From Actinomycetales bacterium (lineage in GTDB: Bacteria > Actinomycetota > Actinomycetes > Actinomycetales > Dermatophilaceae), in NCBI GenBank assembly GCA_038236535.1, contig JBBRZQ010000005.1, forward strand, positions 1,268 to 65,267: 64,000 nucleotides of DNA, written 5' to 3'. Within the stretch, counting starts at the first letter, position 1. Each line of letters opens with the position of its first letter. The translations under genes were made by a program, and so were the position numbers. Below, one piece after another: positions 18,276 through 28,406 of this stretch. The notes under the pieces are model-generated. The model was not told where the DNA came from. It did not search any database and saw only the letters and a program-made list of their open reading frames with translations.

Positions 18276-19535
18276 CTACTTGGCGGGGGTGTTCAGCGTG
18301 GTGGCGCCGGGCGTCTTCCCGGCCATGGACATGTGGGTTGGCACCGGCATCGAGTGACCGGGAAGCAGCACGTTCCAGTAGACCCAGCGGAACCCCAGCT
18401 TGCCGAGGTGGTTGGCCCTGGTCTCCTTCAGCAGGCTCATCGGGCCCAGCACCGGCACGGGGTACTTGCCGGGCAGCGGCTCGGTGTCGTAGTTGAAGTC
18501 GATCAGCAGGGCCTTGCTGTCGCCTGACTCGATGAAACAGTTGGCGTGGCCGTCGAAGGAGCCGGTCATCGGCTTGCCGTCGATCAGCTCCAGGAAGTTG
18601 TCCGTGAAAACCTCCACCGCGAAGTGGGCGACCGACCCGGCCTTGGAAGCGGGGATGTCCGAGGCGTCGCCGATGGCGAAGATGTGCGGGTCTGCCTTGG
18701 ACTGCAGCGTGTGCTTGTCGACCGGGACGAAGTTGAGCTCGTCACCCAGGCCGGAGCGGGCGACGAAGTCAGCGCCCATGTTCACCGGGACGGTGACCAG
18801 CAGGTCGAACGGCACCTCGCGCTCGTCATACGAGATGAGCGCCTTGTTCGCGACGTCGATCCTCTCGATCATGAAGTCGGTCTCCAGGGCGATCTTGCGC
18901 TCGTCCAGCAGGTAGCTGAGGGTGGCCGAGCAGGTCGGCTTGGTGAACGCACCGGGCAGCGGCGTCACGTAGACGATCTCCACGCTGTCGCGCACCCCCC
19001 GCTCGCGCAGCCAGGCCTCGGCCAGGAAGGTGAACTCCAGCGGGGCTACCGGGCACTTGATCGGCATCTCGGTGATGTGCACGACGAGCCGTCCATGCTC
19101 GAACGTCTTCAGTGCCCCGGCCAGCGCCGTGGCTCCTTCGATGGTGTAGAAGTCGAAGATGCTGCGGCGCCATTCGGACTCCAGCATGCCGGGGGTCTGG
19201 TCGGGCCTGGGCGTGGTGCCCGACGCGATGACCAGGTAGTCGTAGTCCAGGGCCCGGCCGTCGGTCAGCGCCACCGTGCGGCCCTGTGCATCCACCCGGT
19301 CGACGTCACCGATCACGAAGTCCACCCCGTCCGGCAGCGTGACGTGGCGGGAGCGGGTGACCTGCTCGGGGGAGTAGGTGCCGAAGGGCACGAAGAGATA
19401 CCCCGGCTGGTAGTGATGGACGTCGTCCTGGTCGACCACCGTGATCGTCCAGTCACCGGCGTCCAGACGGCGCCTCAGCCTGTTCACGATCATCGTGCCG
19501 GCCGTACCGGCACCCAGAACCAGCAACTTGTTCAC
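18276..19535 (-). CDS. sqr: sulfide:quinone oxidoreductase-like NAD(P)/FAD-dependent oxidoreductase
   Basis: N-terminal GAGTAG dinucleotide fold. Conserved Cys residues in IKCPVAPLEF and GHANCFIE. GDA motif (IFAIGDA). GTG start with GAGGAG upstream. Confidence 0.75.
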   Translation of the reverse strand: MNKLLVLGAGTAGTMIVNRLRRRLDAGDWTITVVDQDDVHHYQPGYLFVPFGTYSPEQVTRSRHVTLPDGVDFVIGDVDRVDAQGRTVALTDGRALDYDYLVIASGTTPRPDQTPGMLESEWRRSIFDFYTIEGATALAGALKTFEHGRLVVHITEMPIKCPVAPLEFTFLAEAWLRERGVRDSVEIVYVTPLPGAFTKPTCSATLSYLLDERKIALETDFMIERIDVANKALISYDEREVPFDLLVTVPVNMGADFVARSGLGDELNFVPVDKHTLQSKADPHIFAIGDASDIPASKAGSVAHFAVEVFTDNFLELIDGKPMTGSFDGHANCFIESGDSKALLIDFNYDTEPLPGKYPVPVLGPMSLLKETRANHLGKLGFRWVYWNVLLPGHSMPVPTHMSMAGKTPGATTLNTPAK

Positions 19536-19628
19536 GTACTGCTCCTCAGCTCTTGGCGGGGGGTGATTCGTCTTCGCCCACCACGCTAGGAAGCATTCTC
19601 AGGTCGGAATAGTGCCAAAGGTCCCTCG

Positions 19629-19642
19629 TACCCCAAGGGGTA
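19629..19642. promoter_or_regulatory. candidate CsoR/CstR-family operator (TACCCCAAGGGGTA)
   Basis: Perfect 6+6 inverted repeat in the divergent sqr/fadD intergenic region, about 95 nt upstream of the sqr start. Confidence 0.5.
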
Positions 19643-19720
19643 TGTCACAGGTCGCCTGAAGCTCAATGCTGAGGCGCGGATGGACGCTCGTCATCGGCAG
19701 GTTCGGGTCCGCGGGAGAAT

Positions 19721-21415
19721 GTGACAATGCCGAACACCACACAGCAGTCCTGGGTGAAGAACTACCAGCCGGGGGTGCCCGCCGAGATCGACCTGCCGAC
19801 GGAGTCGCTCGTCGCGATGCTCGAGAGGTCGGTGGCCGAGGCCGGCAGTCATCCGGCGATGGAGTTCTTCGGTCGCCGCACCACGTACACAGAGCTCGGC
19901 GAGCAGATCGACCGGGCCGCCGAGGGGCTGCGCCTGCTCGGGGTGCGAGCCGGCGACCGGGTGGCCCTCATCCTGCCGAACTGCCCCCAGCACGTCGTCT
20001 CCTTCTACGCGGTGCTGCGGCTGGGTGCTGTCGTGGTGGAGCACAACCCGATATACACCTCCCGCGAGCTTCGCCACCAGTTCGAGGACCACCAGGCCCG
20101 GGTGGTGATCGCGTGGGACAAGGCGGTCGGTGCCCTGCGTGCCTTCCCGGCCGACGTCGAGATCGACCACATCGTCTCGGTCAACCTCGTCACGGCGTTC
20201 CCAGCGGTCAAGCGTCTCGCCCTGCGTCTGCCGGTGAAGAAGCTGCGGGCGTCCCGCCAGGTGCTCACCTGTCCGGCTCCGGGGACGATCCCCTGGCACG
20301 AGCTGCTCTCGCACGGTCGGATCGCGCCCGGCCACCCCCGACCGACCGTGCACGACCTGGCTGCGATCCAGTACACGTCGGGCACCACGGACCACCCCAA
20401 GGGCGCCATGCTCACCCATTTCAACCTGGTGTCCAACGCCCTGCAGGGGGAGGCCTGGATGCACGGGGCGCAGTACCGCAAGGAGATCTTCTACGCGATC
20501 CTGCCGATGTTCCACGCCTTCGGGATGACGCTCTACCTCACCTACGGGATCCGCAAGCAGGCCCTGCTGGTGCTCTTTCCCAGCTTCGACCCGGGCATGG
20601 TCCTTGACGCGATGAAGAAGTCCCCGGCCACGGTGTACTGCGCGGTCCCGCCGATCTATGAGCGCACCGCCAGGGCCGCCAAGGAGCGGGGAGTCTCGCT
20701 ACGCTCGTGCAAGTACTGCATCTCGGGCGCGATGAGCCTGTCCGACGAGGTCGTCGAGCTCTGGGAGTCGGTGTCCGGCGGGCTCTTGGTCGAGGGCTAC
20801 GGGATGACCGAGTCCTCACCGGTCGCCCTGGGCAACCCCTTCCACCGCAGTCGCCGGACCGGCACGATCGGGCTGCCCTTCCCGTCGACGCTGATGAAGG
20901 TCGTCGAACAGGATGACCCAGCCGTCGAGGTCGCCCCGGGGCAGCCGGGAGAGCTGCTGCTGAAGGGCCCGCAGGTCTTCCAGGGCTACTGGAACAACCC
21001 CGAGGAGACCGCGAAGGCGCTGCTGCCGGACGGCTGGCTGCGCACCGGCGACATCGTGACCGTGGACCAGGACGGGTTCACCACGATCGTCGACCGGGCC
21101 AAGGAGCTGATCATCACCGGTGGCTACAACGTCTCGCCGTCCGAGGTCGAGGCGGTGCTGCGCCTTCACCCCTCGGTCACCGATGCCGCCGTCTTCGGCA
21201 AGCCGCTGGCACGTGGCGGGGAGATGGTCGTGGCGGCGATCGAGCTCGAGCCCAGCGCGCAGCTTGACCCGGCAGCGCTGCGGGACCACTGCCGCGAACA
21301 CCTGGCGGCTTACAAGGTCCCGCGCCGGTTCGTCCAGATCCAGGACACGCCACGCTCGATGCTCGGCAAGATCCTGCGCAAGCAGGTGCGCGAGCGGGTG
21401 CTGCCCTCGCTCTGA
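19721..21415 (+). CDS. fadD: long-chain fatty acid--CoA ligase (AMP-binding enzyme)
   Basis: AMP-binding motif YTSGTTDHPKGAML, plus GYGMTE and TGD..........GY.......DR.K. Start is GTG 19721 or ATG 19727. Confidence 0.9.
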   Translation: MTMPNTTQQSWVKNYQPGVPAEIDLPTESLVAMLERSVAEAGSHPAMEFFGRRTTYTELGEQIDRAAEGLRLLGVRAGDRVALILPNCPQHVVSFYAVLRLGAVVVEHNPIYTSRELRHQFEDHQARVVIAWDKAVGALRAFPADVEIDHIVSVNLVTAFPAVKRLALRLPVKKLRASRQVLTCPAPGTIPWHELLSHGRIAPGHPRPTVHDLAAIQYTSGTTDHPKGAMLTHFNLVSNALQGEAWMHGAQYRKEIFYAILPMFHAFGMTLYLTYGIRKQALLVLFPSFDPGMVLDAMKKSPATVYCAVPPIYERTARAAKERGVSLRSCKYCISGAMSLSDEVVELWESVSGGLLVEGYGMTESSPVALGNPFHRSRRTGTIGLPFPSTLMKVVEQDDPAVEVAPGQPGELLLKGPQVFQGYWNNPEETAKALLPDGWLRTGDIVTVDQDGFTTIVDRAKELIITGGYNVSPSEVEAVLRLHPSVTDAAVFGKPLARGGEMVVAAIELEPSAQLDPAALRDHCREHLAAYKVPRRFVQIQDTPRSMLGKILRKQVRERVLPSL

Positions 21416-21521
21416 GGTCGGCAGGCGATACCGGTACGCCGTCCAGAGGGTTTGCACAGGGGTTTCCCATCTGCACGGTGCACAGTTCAGGGCAACGACG
21501 ACATCATCTCGAGGAGAACCC

Positions 21522-22175
21522 ATGCACAAGCGCACCACCGGACTCGTTCTCGCCGGTGTTCTGGCCACTGGCGCCGTTGGCGCCGTGGCCATGACGCCCG
21601 CCTCCGCCACCACCTCCACGAACCCGGTCAGCAGCCGTCTGGCCACCATCAAGAGCGCGCTCAGCGGCCTGGTCAGCGACGGCACCCTCACCCAGGTCCA
21701 GGCCGACAAGGTCGCCGGAACCCTGGACAAGAAGCTGCCCCCGCGGGGCGACAGCATGGACGGCAGGCGCGGTCCGGGCGGGCGTCTCGGCGGGATGGGG
21801 ATGGCTCACGAACAGGAAGCCGCCGCGAAGGCCCTCGGCCTGACCACTGACAAGCTGCACGCTGCGCTGGAGAGCGGAAAGAGTCTGGCAGACGTCGCCA
21901 AGACCCAGAAGGTCAGTGTCGACTCGCTCGTCAAGGCCATGGTCACCGCCTCCGAGGCCGACCTTGCCACCGCGGTGAAGGACGGAAGGATCACCCAGGC
22001 ACAGGCCAACACCATCAAGGCCCAGCTCACCAAGCGGATCACGGACCGGGTCAACGGTGTCCGGCCGGAAGGCATGAACGGCATGCGACCGGGTGGATGG
22101 GGCCATGGCCCTCGTGGCGCCGACAGTCCTGTGCCGAACGCCAGCACGCCGAGCACGCCCCCAAGCGCCACCTGA
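21522..22175 (+). CDS. secreted hypothetical protein (helical repeats)
   Basis: Uses the inner ATG 6 nt after GAGGAG. Signal peptide MHKRTTGLVLAGVLATGAVGAVAMTPASA. Repeated ..TQ(V/A)QAD/N.. helices. Confidence 0.7.
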   Translation: MHKRTTGLVLAGVLATGAVGAVAMTPASATTSTNPVSSRLATIKSALSGLVSDGTLTQVQADKVAGTLDKKLPPRGDSMDGRRGPGGRLGGMGMAHEQEAAAKALGLTTDKLHAALESGKSLADVAKTQKVSVDSLVKAMVTASEADLATAVKDGRITQAQANTIKAQLTKRITDRVNGVRPEGMNGMRPGGWGHGPRGADSPVPNASTPSTPPSAT

Positions 22176-22208
22176 CCGACCGCAGCCACCTGGGCTCAAC
22201 CAGATGGG

Positions 22209-22240
22209 AGAGCGCCTACGCCGGAGGGGGTAGGCGCTCT
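22209..22240. terminator. bidirectional stem-loop between convergent genes
   Basis: agagcgcctac / gtaggcgctct forms an 11-bp stem, followed by tcgttgt. Confidence 0.6.
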
Positions 22241-22276
22241 TCGTTGTCCGGGTGGCGTGTTTGTCCGGCCCGTGGC

Positions 22277-22435
22277 TCAGCCGCGGCTCCACGGGAAGCG
22301 GCGCGCCGGCCGCTCGACCGGACCGCAGGTGCATCGCTGCTCGGGGTCGACCCGGGACATGACGGAGTCGATGTGCTGGCCACAGCCGCTCCAGGTGGTC
22401 TTTCCGCAGCGCTTGCAACGGGCGGGACTGCACAT
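22277..22435 (-). CDS. small Cys-rich hypothetical protein (52 aa)
   Basis: Uses the inner ATG with GAGGAA 8 nt upstream. Sequence is MCSPARCKRCGKTTWSGCGQHIDSV...RCTCG, with six Cys residues. Confidence 0.55.
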   Translation of the reverse strand: MCSPARCKRCGKTTWSGCGQHIDSVMSRVDPEQRCTCGPVERPARRFPWSRG

Positions 22436-22513
22436 ATGGTGTTCCTCTGGTTCGTTGTCGACGGCTCCTGCCTGTCGGGGTGTGAACGCACACGAGCAGA
22501 CAGACATTCCGGA

Positions 22514-24229
22514 TCAGACGGGGGTGTCTGCCAGGCAGGCAGCCGGCAGGTCGAACCAGCGCAGCTGCTCGAAGTCGGCGGAGAGCAGCGCGCCGACCGG
22601 CTCGTCAGAGGCCGGTGTGGCCGCCGCGAGCAGGCCCCTGGCCTCCACCAGGTAGCGGTCCAGCTCGGACTCGGGCGCGCGGTCCTGGTGGCGTGGGTAC
22701 TGCATCCGCCCCTGGCCGTCATACGTCACCTGCTCCAGGCGCAGTGGTGGCTCGGCCGGGCCACGGCGGTGCCGCCACAGGCCGGTGGCCGGCTCGAACC
22801 GGTAGTCCCCGAGCAGGCGCCAGCCGTCCCTGGCGACGATCCGCACGGCCTCGACGATGTAGGAGAACACCGTCTCGGAGATGAAGTAGTTGAAGCTGAC
22901 CCGCGACCAGCCGGGCTTGATCCCCTCGCAACCATGGGCAATCTCGCGGTCGAACTCCCTGGACTGGTCCAGGTTGATGCCCAGCAGCCGGTGGCCGTAC
23001 GGCCCGGCGCAGGAGCAGCCGCCCCGGGACTGGATCCCGAAGAGGTCGTTGAGCAGGGCGACCACGAAGTTGTGATGCAGGTATCGCCCGCTCGGGGCCC
23101 GCACGACGAACGAGACGATCGAGAGCCGCTCGGCATCCAGGTTGCCCAGGATCTCGATGGCGGGCTCCTGGAGCCAGGCCGCGACCGCTCGCTGCAGGTA
23201 GCTCTCCTCGTGGGAGCGGATCACGTCGATGCCCACCGACTGCTTCAGCTGGAAGACCAGCCCGGCCCGGATCGACTCCACGATGGCCGGGGTGCCGCCC
23301 TCCTCGCGCTGGGCCGGGTCTTCGAGGTACCGGTGGTCGGTCGGGTTGACGTAGGCCACCGTGCCACCGCCGGGGACGTCGGGCACCCGGTTGCCCATCA
23401 GCTCGCGCCGGACGACCAGGACCCCCGGGGTGCTCGGGCCGCCGATCATCTTGTGCGGGCTGAGGAAGACGGCGTCCTTGTAGCAGAGCGGGTCTGCCTG
23501 CGGCCCGCCATACATCTGGATCTCGACGTAGGGGGCCGCGGCGGCGAAGTCCCAGAAGGACAGGGCGCCGTGGCGGTGCAGCAGGGCCGAGATGGCGTGG
23601 GTGTCGCTGACGATCCCGGTCACGTTGCTGGCCGCTGAGAACGAGCCGATGCGCAGCGGCCGGCCGGCGTACCTCACCAGCTCCTGCTCGAGGGCTGCGG
23701 TGTCGATGTGCCCGTCGCCGTCCTGGGGGATCACCACGACGTCGGCCACGGTCTCGCGCCAGGGCAGCTCGTTGGAGTGGTGCTCGAACGGCCCGATGAA
23801 GACGACCGGGCGCTGGTCAGCAGCGATGGCAGAGCTCAGGTGATAGGTGTCGTCCAGGCTCGACGGGATCCGCAGCCCCAGGATTCCGACCAGCTTGTCG
23901 ATGGCCCCGGTGCATCCCGAGCCGGCGAAGATCACCACCGTCTCCTGGTCACCGCCGAGCGCGTCGCGGATGATCCCGCGCGCCTCCTCGCGCAGCCTGG
24001 TGGTCTGCAGGCCGGTGCCGCTGGACTCGGTGTGCGTGTTGGCGTACCGGGGGAGCACCTCGGCCCGGATGAAGTCCTCGATGAAGGTCAGCGCCCGGCC
24101 GGAGGCGGTGTAGTCGGCATAGGTCACCCGCCGCGGTCCGTAGGGGCCGGGCATCACCTGGTCGTCGCCGATGACCGAACGCCGGATCCTGGACAGCAGC
24201 GGGCTGCTGATCGGCCTGTGAGTGCTCAT
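22514..24229 (-). CDS. aminotransferase class V-fold PLP-dependent enzyme (cysteine desulfurase-like) with long C-terminal extension
   Basis: YADYTASGRAL..ANTHTE, FSAASNVTG and SPHKMIGGP (PLP Lys). Start was chosen at MSTHRP. The ORF stays open up to 24394, through the tandem repeat. Confidence 0.8.
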   Translation of the reverse strand: MSTHRPISSPLLSRIRRSVIGDDQVMPGPYGPRRVTYADYTASGRALTFIEDFIRAEVLPRYANTHTESSGTGLQTTRLREEARGIIRDALGGDQETVVIFAGSGCTGAIDKLVGILGLRIPSSLDDTYHLSSAIAADQRPVVFIGPFEHHSNELPWRETVADVVVIPQDGDGHIDTAALEQELVRYAGRPLRIGSFSAASNVTGIVSDTHAISALLHRHGALSFWDFAAAAPYVEIQMYGGPQADPLCYKDAVFLSPHKMIGGPSTPGVLVVRRELMGNRVPDVPGGGTVAYVNPTDHRYLEDPAQREEGGTPAIVESIRAGLVFQLKQSVGIDVIRSHEESYLQRAVAAWLQEPAIEILGNLDAERLSIVSFVVRAPSGRYLHHNFVVALLNDLFGIQSRGGCSCAGPYGHRLLGINLDQSREFDREIAHGCEGIKPGWSRVSFNYFISETVFSYIVEAVRIVARDGWRLLGDYRFEPATGLWRHRRGPAEPPLRLEQVTYDGQGRMQYPRHQDRAPESELDRYLVEARGLLAAATPASDEPVGALLSADFEQLRWFDLPAACLADTPV

Positions 24230-24298
24230 CCCAGGAGCGTATGCCGTGTCCTCGCGGCGGCGGCAGGGGTCACCGCGGCGGTGCACCATACGCTGGGA

Positions 24299-24433
24299 TG
24301 TCAGGGTCTGCGATGTCAGGGTCTGCGATGTCAGGGTCTGCGATGTCAGGGTCTGCGATGTCAGGGACTGCGATGTCAGGGACCGAGGCGTCACGGACTG
24401 CGAAGCCCGGGACTGCGATGTCAGGGAATGCTC
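24299..24433. repeat. 15-bp tandem repeat array (tgtcagggtctgcga), 4 perfect + 5 degenerate units
   Basis: Direct reading of 24299..24433. The array abuts and overlaps the pncB stop codon and ends 70 nt before the downstream ATG. Confidence 0.95.
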
Positions 24434-25730
24434 AGTGCTGCTCTGGGACGAAGACCGTGTCGATCACCGGCTCACCCCGGGACAGCTGCAGGGCCCGGGG
24501 CGGGAGCTCGGCCAGCGACTTCTGGTAGCGGCTACGTGCCGCGTCCAGGGACAGGTCGGCGACGATCTCGCCGCCACGGACCAGCTCCACCAGCAGCGGC
24601 CGGTCATTGCTGCCGGGGGCCGGCGTCTCGCCGGTGCCGACCAGCTCGGCCTCGGCCTGGCCGCGGGCGTCGAGCCGGCGCAGCGCCCACTTACGGCCGC
24701 CCACCGTCGCCTTGTCCTTGCTCTGCTTCGCCACGCTGGCCAGATGCCCCGGCCGGTCCTCACGGGCCACCATCTTGTACACCAGCCCCGCCGTTGCCGC
24801 ACCGGATCCGGTGACCAGCGAGGTGCCCACGCCGTAGCCGTCGACGGGGGCCGCGGCCAGTGCCGCGATGGCGTGCTCGTCCAGGTCGGAGGTGACGATG
24901 ATCCGGGTCCCGGTGGCGCCCAGCCGGTCCAGCTGGGCACGGACCTCTCGTGCCTGGACCAGGAGGTCCCCTGAGTCGAGGCGCACGGCGCCGAGCCCGA
25001 CCCCGGCGACCTCGACCGCGAGAGCGACCGCCGTCGGGACGTCATAGGTGTCGACCAGCAGGGTGGTGCCCGACCCCATGCTGGCGACCTGCGCCTCGAA
25101 CGCGGTCCGCTCGTTGTCGTGCAGCAGGGTGAACGCGTGGGCGCTGGTCCCGCCGGTGGGGATCCCGTGGGTACGTCCGGCCTCGAGGTTGCTCGTCGTC
25201 GCGAACCCGGCGATGTAGGCCGCCCTGGCCGCAGCCACCGCCGCCCACTCATGGGTGCGCCGTGAGCCCATCTCGATGCAGGGTCGTCCGCTGGCGGCGT
25301 TGGTCATCCGGGAGGCCGCCGCGGCGATCGCGCAGTCGTGGTTCAGTATCGACAGGAGCACGGTCTCGAGCAGGACGGACTCCGCGAAGGTGCCCTCCAC
25401 CGTCAGCAGCGGCGACCCGGGGAAGTAGCACTCACCCTCGGCATACCCGCTGATGTCGCCGGAGAAGCGGTACGCCGACAGGTAGTCCAGGGTCAGCGCG
25501 TCCACCACGTCGTCGGTGGCCAGCCGCGCAATCTCGGCGTCGCCGAAACGGAAGTCACGGACCGCCTCGACCAGTCGCCCGGTGCCTGCCACCACGCCGT
25601 AGCGGCGGCCTTCGGGCAGCCGTCGGGCGAACACCTCGAACACGCAACCTCGCTGTGCGGCCCCGCTGTGCAGGGCGGCTTGCAGCATGGTGAGCTCGTA
25701 GTGGTCGGTCAGCAGTGCGGTACTGGTCAC
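24432..25730 (-). CDS. pncB: nicotinate phosphoribosyltransferase
   Basis: LLTDHYELTMLQAAL N terminus and full-length collinearity with the NAPRTase family (432 aa). Confidence 0.9.
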   Translation of the reverse strand: MTSTALLTDHYELTMLQAALHSGAAQRGCVFEVFARRLPEGRRYGVVAGTGRLVEAVRDFRFGDAEIARLATDDVVDALTLDYLSAYRFSGDISGYAEGECYFPGSPLLTVEGTFAESVLLETVLLSILNHDCAIAAAASRMTNAASGRPCIEMGSRRTHEWAAVAAARAAYIAGFATTSNLEAGRTHGIPTGGTSAHAFTLLHDNERTAFEAQVASMGSGTTLLVDTYDVPTAVALAVEVAGVGLGAVRLDSGDLLVQAREVRAQLDRLGATGTRIIVTSDLDEHAIAALAAAPVDGYGVGTSLVTGSGAATAGLVYKMVAREDRPGHLASVAKQSKDKATVGGRKWALRRLDARGQAEAELVGTGETPAPGSNDRPLLVELVRGGEIVADLSLDAARSRYQKSLAELPPRALQLSRGEPVIDTVFVPEQH

Positions 25731-25787
25731 ACTGGGCAGCCTATGACCGTGGGCACCCGATGGCCGCGGGCAGCCTAAGGTGGAACC

Positions 25788-26078
25788 GTGTCAATCGCTC
25801 CCGCCGACCTCGCGCGCACCGATATCGAGCAGGACCTGTCGATGGACCACCCCTGGATCACACTGGTCTGGAATGACCCGGTCAACCTGATGTCCTATGT
25901 CACCTACGTGTTTCAGACCCACTTCGGCTACTCGCTGGAGAAGGCCGAGAAGCTCATGCTCGACGTGCACCAGAAGGGCAGGGCGGTGGTGTCGAACGGT
26001 CCGCGCGAGAAGATGGAGCGGGACACCGAGGCGCTTCAGGGATACGGGCTGTGGGCAACCTTGCAGAAGGACGACTAG
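25788..26078 (+). CDS. clpS: ATP-dependent Clp protease adaptor ClpS
   Basis: [18 protein letters not shown].....A...ML.VH..G.AVV. GTG start after AAGGTGG. Confidence 0.9.
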   Translation: MSIAPADLARTDIEQDLSMDHPWITLVWNDPVNLMSYVTYVFQTHFGYSLEKAEKLMLDVHQKGRAVVSNGPREKMERDTEALQGYGLWATLQKDD

Positions 26079-26678
26079 GTGGCAAAGGCTTTCAAGCGCA
26101 AGGGCGCTCGCTTTGTCGCGCGACTCGATGACGTCGAGCGGGAGGTGGTCGTGGGGCTGCTGGAGCAGACCTACGAGTTCCTCGCGCCAGAGCCTCGCGA
26201 GCCGACCGGAGACCCGTTCGAGGACCTCGTGGCACGGCTCGGGATGCCCCGGCTCAAGGACACCAGAGACGTGGCCGACGAGGTGCCCGACGCTCCGCGC
26301 GATCCCGCGATGGACCGGCTCCTGCCCAGCGCCCATCGCGATGACCCGGGCCTGTCGGCCGAGTTCCGCCGGCTGACCGAGCACGGGATCCGTGAGCGCA
26401 AGGCAGCCAACCTGGACACGTCGATCACGGCGCTGCTGGCCGCTGACGGTGACAAGGTCAGGCTCGACCACGAGCAGGCACAGGCCATGGTGGTCGCGCT
26501 AACCGACGTGCGGCTGTTGCTCGGCGAGCGCCTGGGGCTGCGCACAGATGACGATGCGGACGCTCTTCAGGAGCGGCTCGATGCGGCTTCGGCCGATGAT
26601 CCCCAGCTGCCTCTCGCGGGGGCCTACGACTTCCTGACCTGGCTGCAGGAGACGCTCATCCAGGCGCTGATGGCGTAG
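26079..26678 (+). CDS. DUF2017 domain-containing protein
   Basis: Starts immediately after the clpS stop. An acidic 199-aa protein in the conserved actinobacterial clpS-DUF2017 arrangement. Confidence 0.7.
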   Translation: MAKAFKRKGARFVARLDDVEREVVVGLLEQTYEFLAPEPREPTGDPFEDLVARLGMPRLKDTRDVADEVPDAPRDPAMDRLLPSAHRDDPGLSAEFRRLTEHGIRERKAANLDTSITALLAADGDKVRLDHEQAQAMVVALTDVRLLLGERLGLRTDDDADALQERLDAASADDPQLPLAGAYDFLTWLQETLIQALMA

Positions 26679-26730
26679 TCGCCAGGCGTCGCACAGCAGC
26701 GGCCGCGCCCGACGCCCGCCCTCCAGCGCG

Positions 26731-27618
26731 TTGGTCAGGGTGTCCTTTTTCACTGAGCCGGGATCACCGATTGACGGGTTCAGCCGGATCCTGGCGGCTA
26801 CTCTCAAACCCGTGGCGGACTCACCGATCGGGATCTTTGACAGCAGCTTCGGCGGACTGACCGTCGCCCGGGCGGTGCTGGACCAGCTACCGCACGAGGC
26901 GGTTCTGTACCTGGGTGACACGGCACGTCAGCCTTACGGCCCGCGCCCGATCGCCGAGGTTCGCAAGTTCTCCCTCGAGTGCCTGGACCGGCTGGTCGAC
27001 CGTGGGGTCAAGGCCCTGGTGATCGCCTGCAACTCGGCCTCGGCCGCGATGCTGCACGATGCCCGTGAGCGCTATCACGTCCCGGTGGTCGAGGTCATCC
27101 GCCCCGCGGTGCGCCGGGCCGTCGCAGCCACCCGCAACAACAAGGTCGGCGTCATCTCCACCCAGTCGACGCATCAGAGCCAGGCCTACATCGACCTGTT
27201 CTCGGCCGCTCCGCAGATCTCGGTGATGAGCCGGCCCTGCCCGCGGTTCGTGGGGTTCGTCGAGGCGGGCATCACCTCCGGTGACGAGCTGCTCGACGTC
27301 GCACACTCCTACCTCGACCCGATCGTGGCCCGCGGGGTCGACACGCTCATTCTCGGCTGCACCCACTACCCGCTGCTGACCGGCGTCATCTCCTACGTGA
27401 TGGGCCAGGACGTCACCCTGGTGTCGTCGGCCGAGGAGACCGCCAAGGACGTCTTCCGGGTGCTCGCCGACTCGGGGATGCTCCGGCCCGATGACCTGCC
27501 CGATCCGGTGCACGAGTTCGTCACCACCGGTGACCCTGCGGAGTTCGAGCGTCTGGCTCGTCGCTTCCTCGGCCCTGAGGTCGTGCGCGCCAGCCCAGAG
27601 CCGGCCACCCCTCGATGA
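26731..27618 (+). CDS. murI: glutamate racemase
   Basis: [13 protein letters not shown], plus both catalytic Cys motifs (IACNSAS and GCTHYP). The start is uncertain; GTG at 26812 is possible. Confidence 0.9.
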   Translation: MVRVSFFTEPGSPIDGFSRILAATLKPVADSPIGIFDSSFGGLTVARAVLDQLPHEAVLYLGDTARQPYGPRPIAEVRKFSLECLDRLVDRGVKALVIACNSASAAMLHDARERYHVPVVEVIRPAVRRAVAATRNNKVGVISTQSTHQSQAYIDLFSAAPQISVMSRPCPRFVGFVEAGITSGDELLDVAHSYLDPIVARGVDTLILGCTHYPLLTGVISYVMGQDVTLVSSAEETAKDVFRVLADSGMLRPDDLPDPVHEFVTTGDPAEFERLARRFLGPEVVRASPEPATPR

Positions 27619-28382
27619 GGCTGACCATCGTTGGCTGCTCCGGCTCGCTCCCCGGGCCTGACTCGCCGGCGTCCTGCTACCTGGTCCAGTCCGAGCACGG
27701 CGGCCGCACCTGGAACCTCGTCCTTGACCTGGGCAACGGCGCACTGGGCGCGCTCCAGCGGTATACCGACCTGACGGCCATCGACGCCGTGGTGCTGAGC
27801 CATCTGCACCCGGACCACTGTATGGACCTGTGTGGCCTCTACGTCGCCCAGAAACACAGCCCCCTGGTCGTGGAGAAGATCCGTATCCCCGTGCACGGAC
27901 CGGCCGGAACCAGCGAGCGGATGGCCCGGGCCTACGACATCACAGCGCCGGAGGGAATGCAGAACGAGTTCGACTTCCGTGACCTGGTCGATGCCCGGGC
28001 GCTGCGGATCGGGCCCTTCACGGTCACTGCGCACCGGGTCTGCCACCCGGGGGAGGCGTACGGCATCCGGGTCGAGGCCGATGGCGAGGTGCTGGCCTAC
28101 TCGGGTGACACGGATTCCTGCGAGGGCTTGAGTGCCCTGTTCCACGACGCCACCCTGGTTCTGGCGGACTCGGCGTTCGTGGACGGCCGCGACCACGCCG
28201 AGGGCATCCATATGTCCGGCAGCCGGGCGGCGCAGGCTGCGCTGGACGCCGGGGGAGTGCGCCGGCTGATGCTCACCCACCTGCCCCCGTGGAACGACCC
28301 GGCCGTATGCCGCGCCCAGGCTGAGACGCTCTGGCCGGGCCAGGTAGAGGTCGCCGAGCTCGACGCCGTCTACGAGCTGTGA
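27615..28382 (+). CDS. MBL fold metallo-hydrolase
   Basis: [10 protein letters not shown] (HxHxDH). ATGA overlap with murI. Fits the conserved murI-MBL-rph synteny. Confidence 0.85.
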   Translation: MRLTIVGCSGSLPGPDSPASCYLVQSEHGGRTWNLVLDLGNGALGALQRYTDLTAIDAVVLSHLHPDHCMDLCGLYVAQKHSPLVVEKIRIPVHGPAGTSERMARAYDITAPEGMQNEFDFRDLVDARALRIGPFTVTAHRVCHPGEAYGIRVEADGEVLAYSGDTDSCEGLSALFHDATLVLADSAFVDGRDHAEGIHMSGSRAAQAALDAGGVRRLMLTHLPPWNDPAVCRAQAETLWPGQVEVAELDAVYEL

Positions 28383-28406
28383 GCCCGTTCGCCTAGCCTT
28401 GGGCGC

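Noticed and set aside
24299-24433. Whether this repeat array is a CRISPR array.
   Set aside because: The units are contiguous 15-mers with no spacers. They are far shorter than CRISPR repeats, and there are no cas genes in the window. The same reasoning applies to the 14-bp array at 35151.
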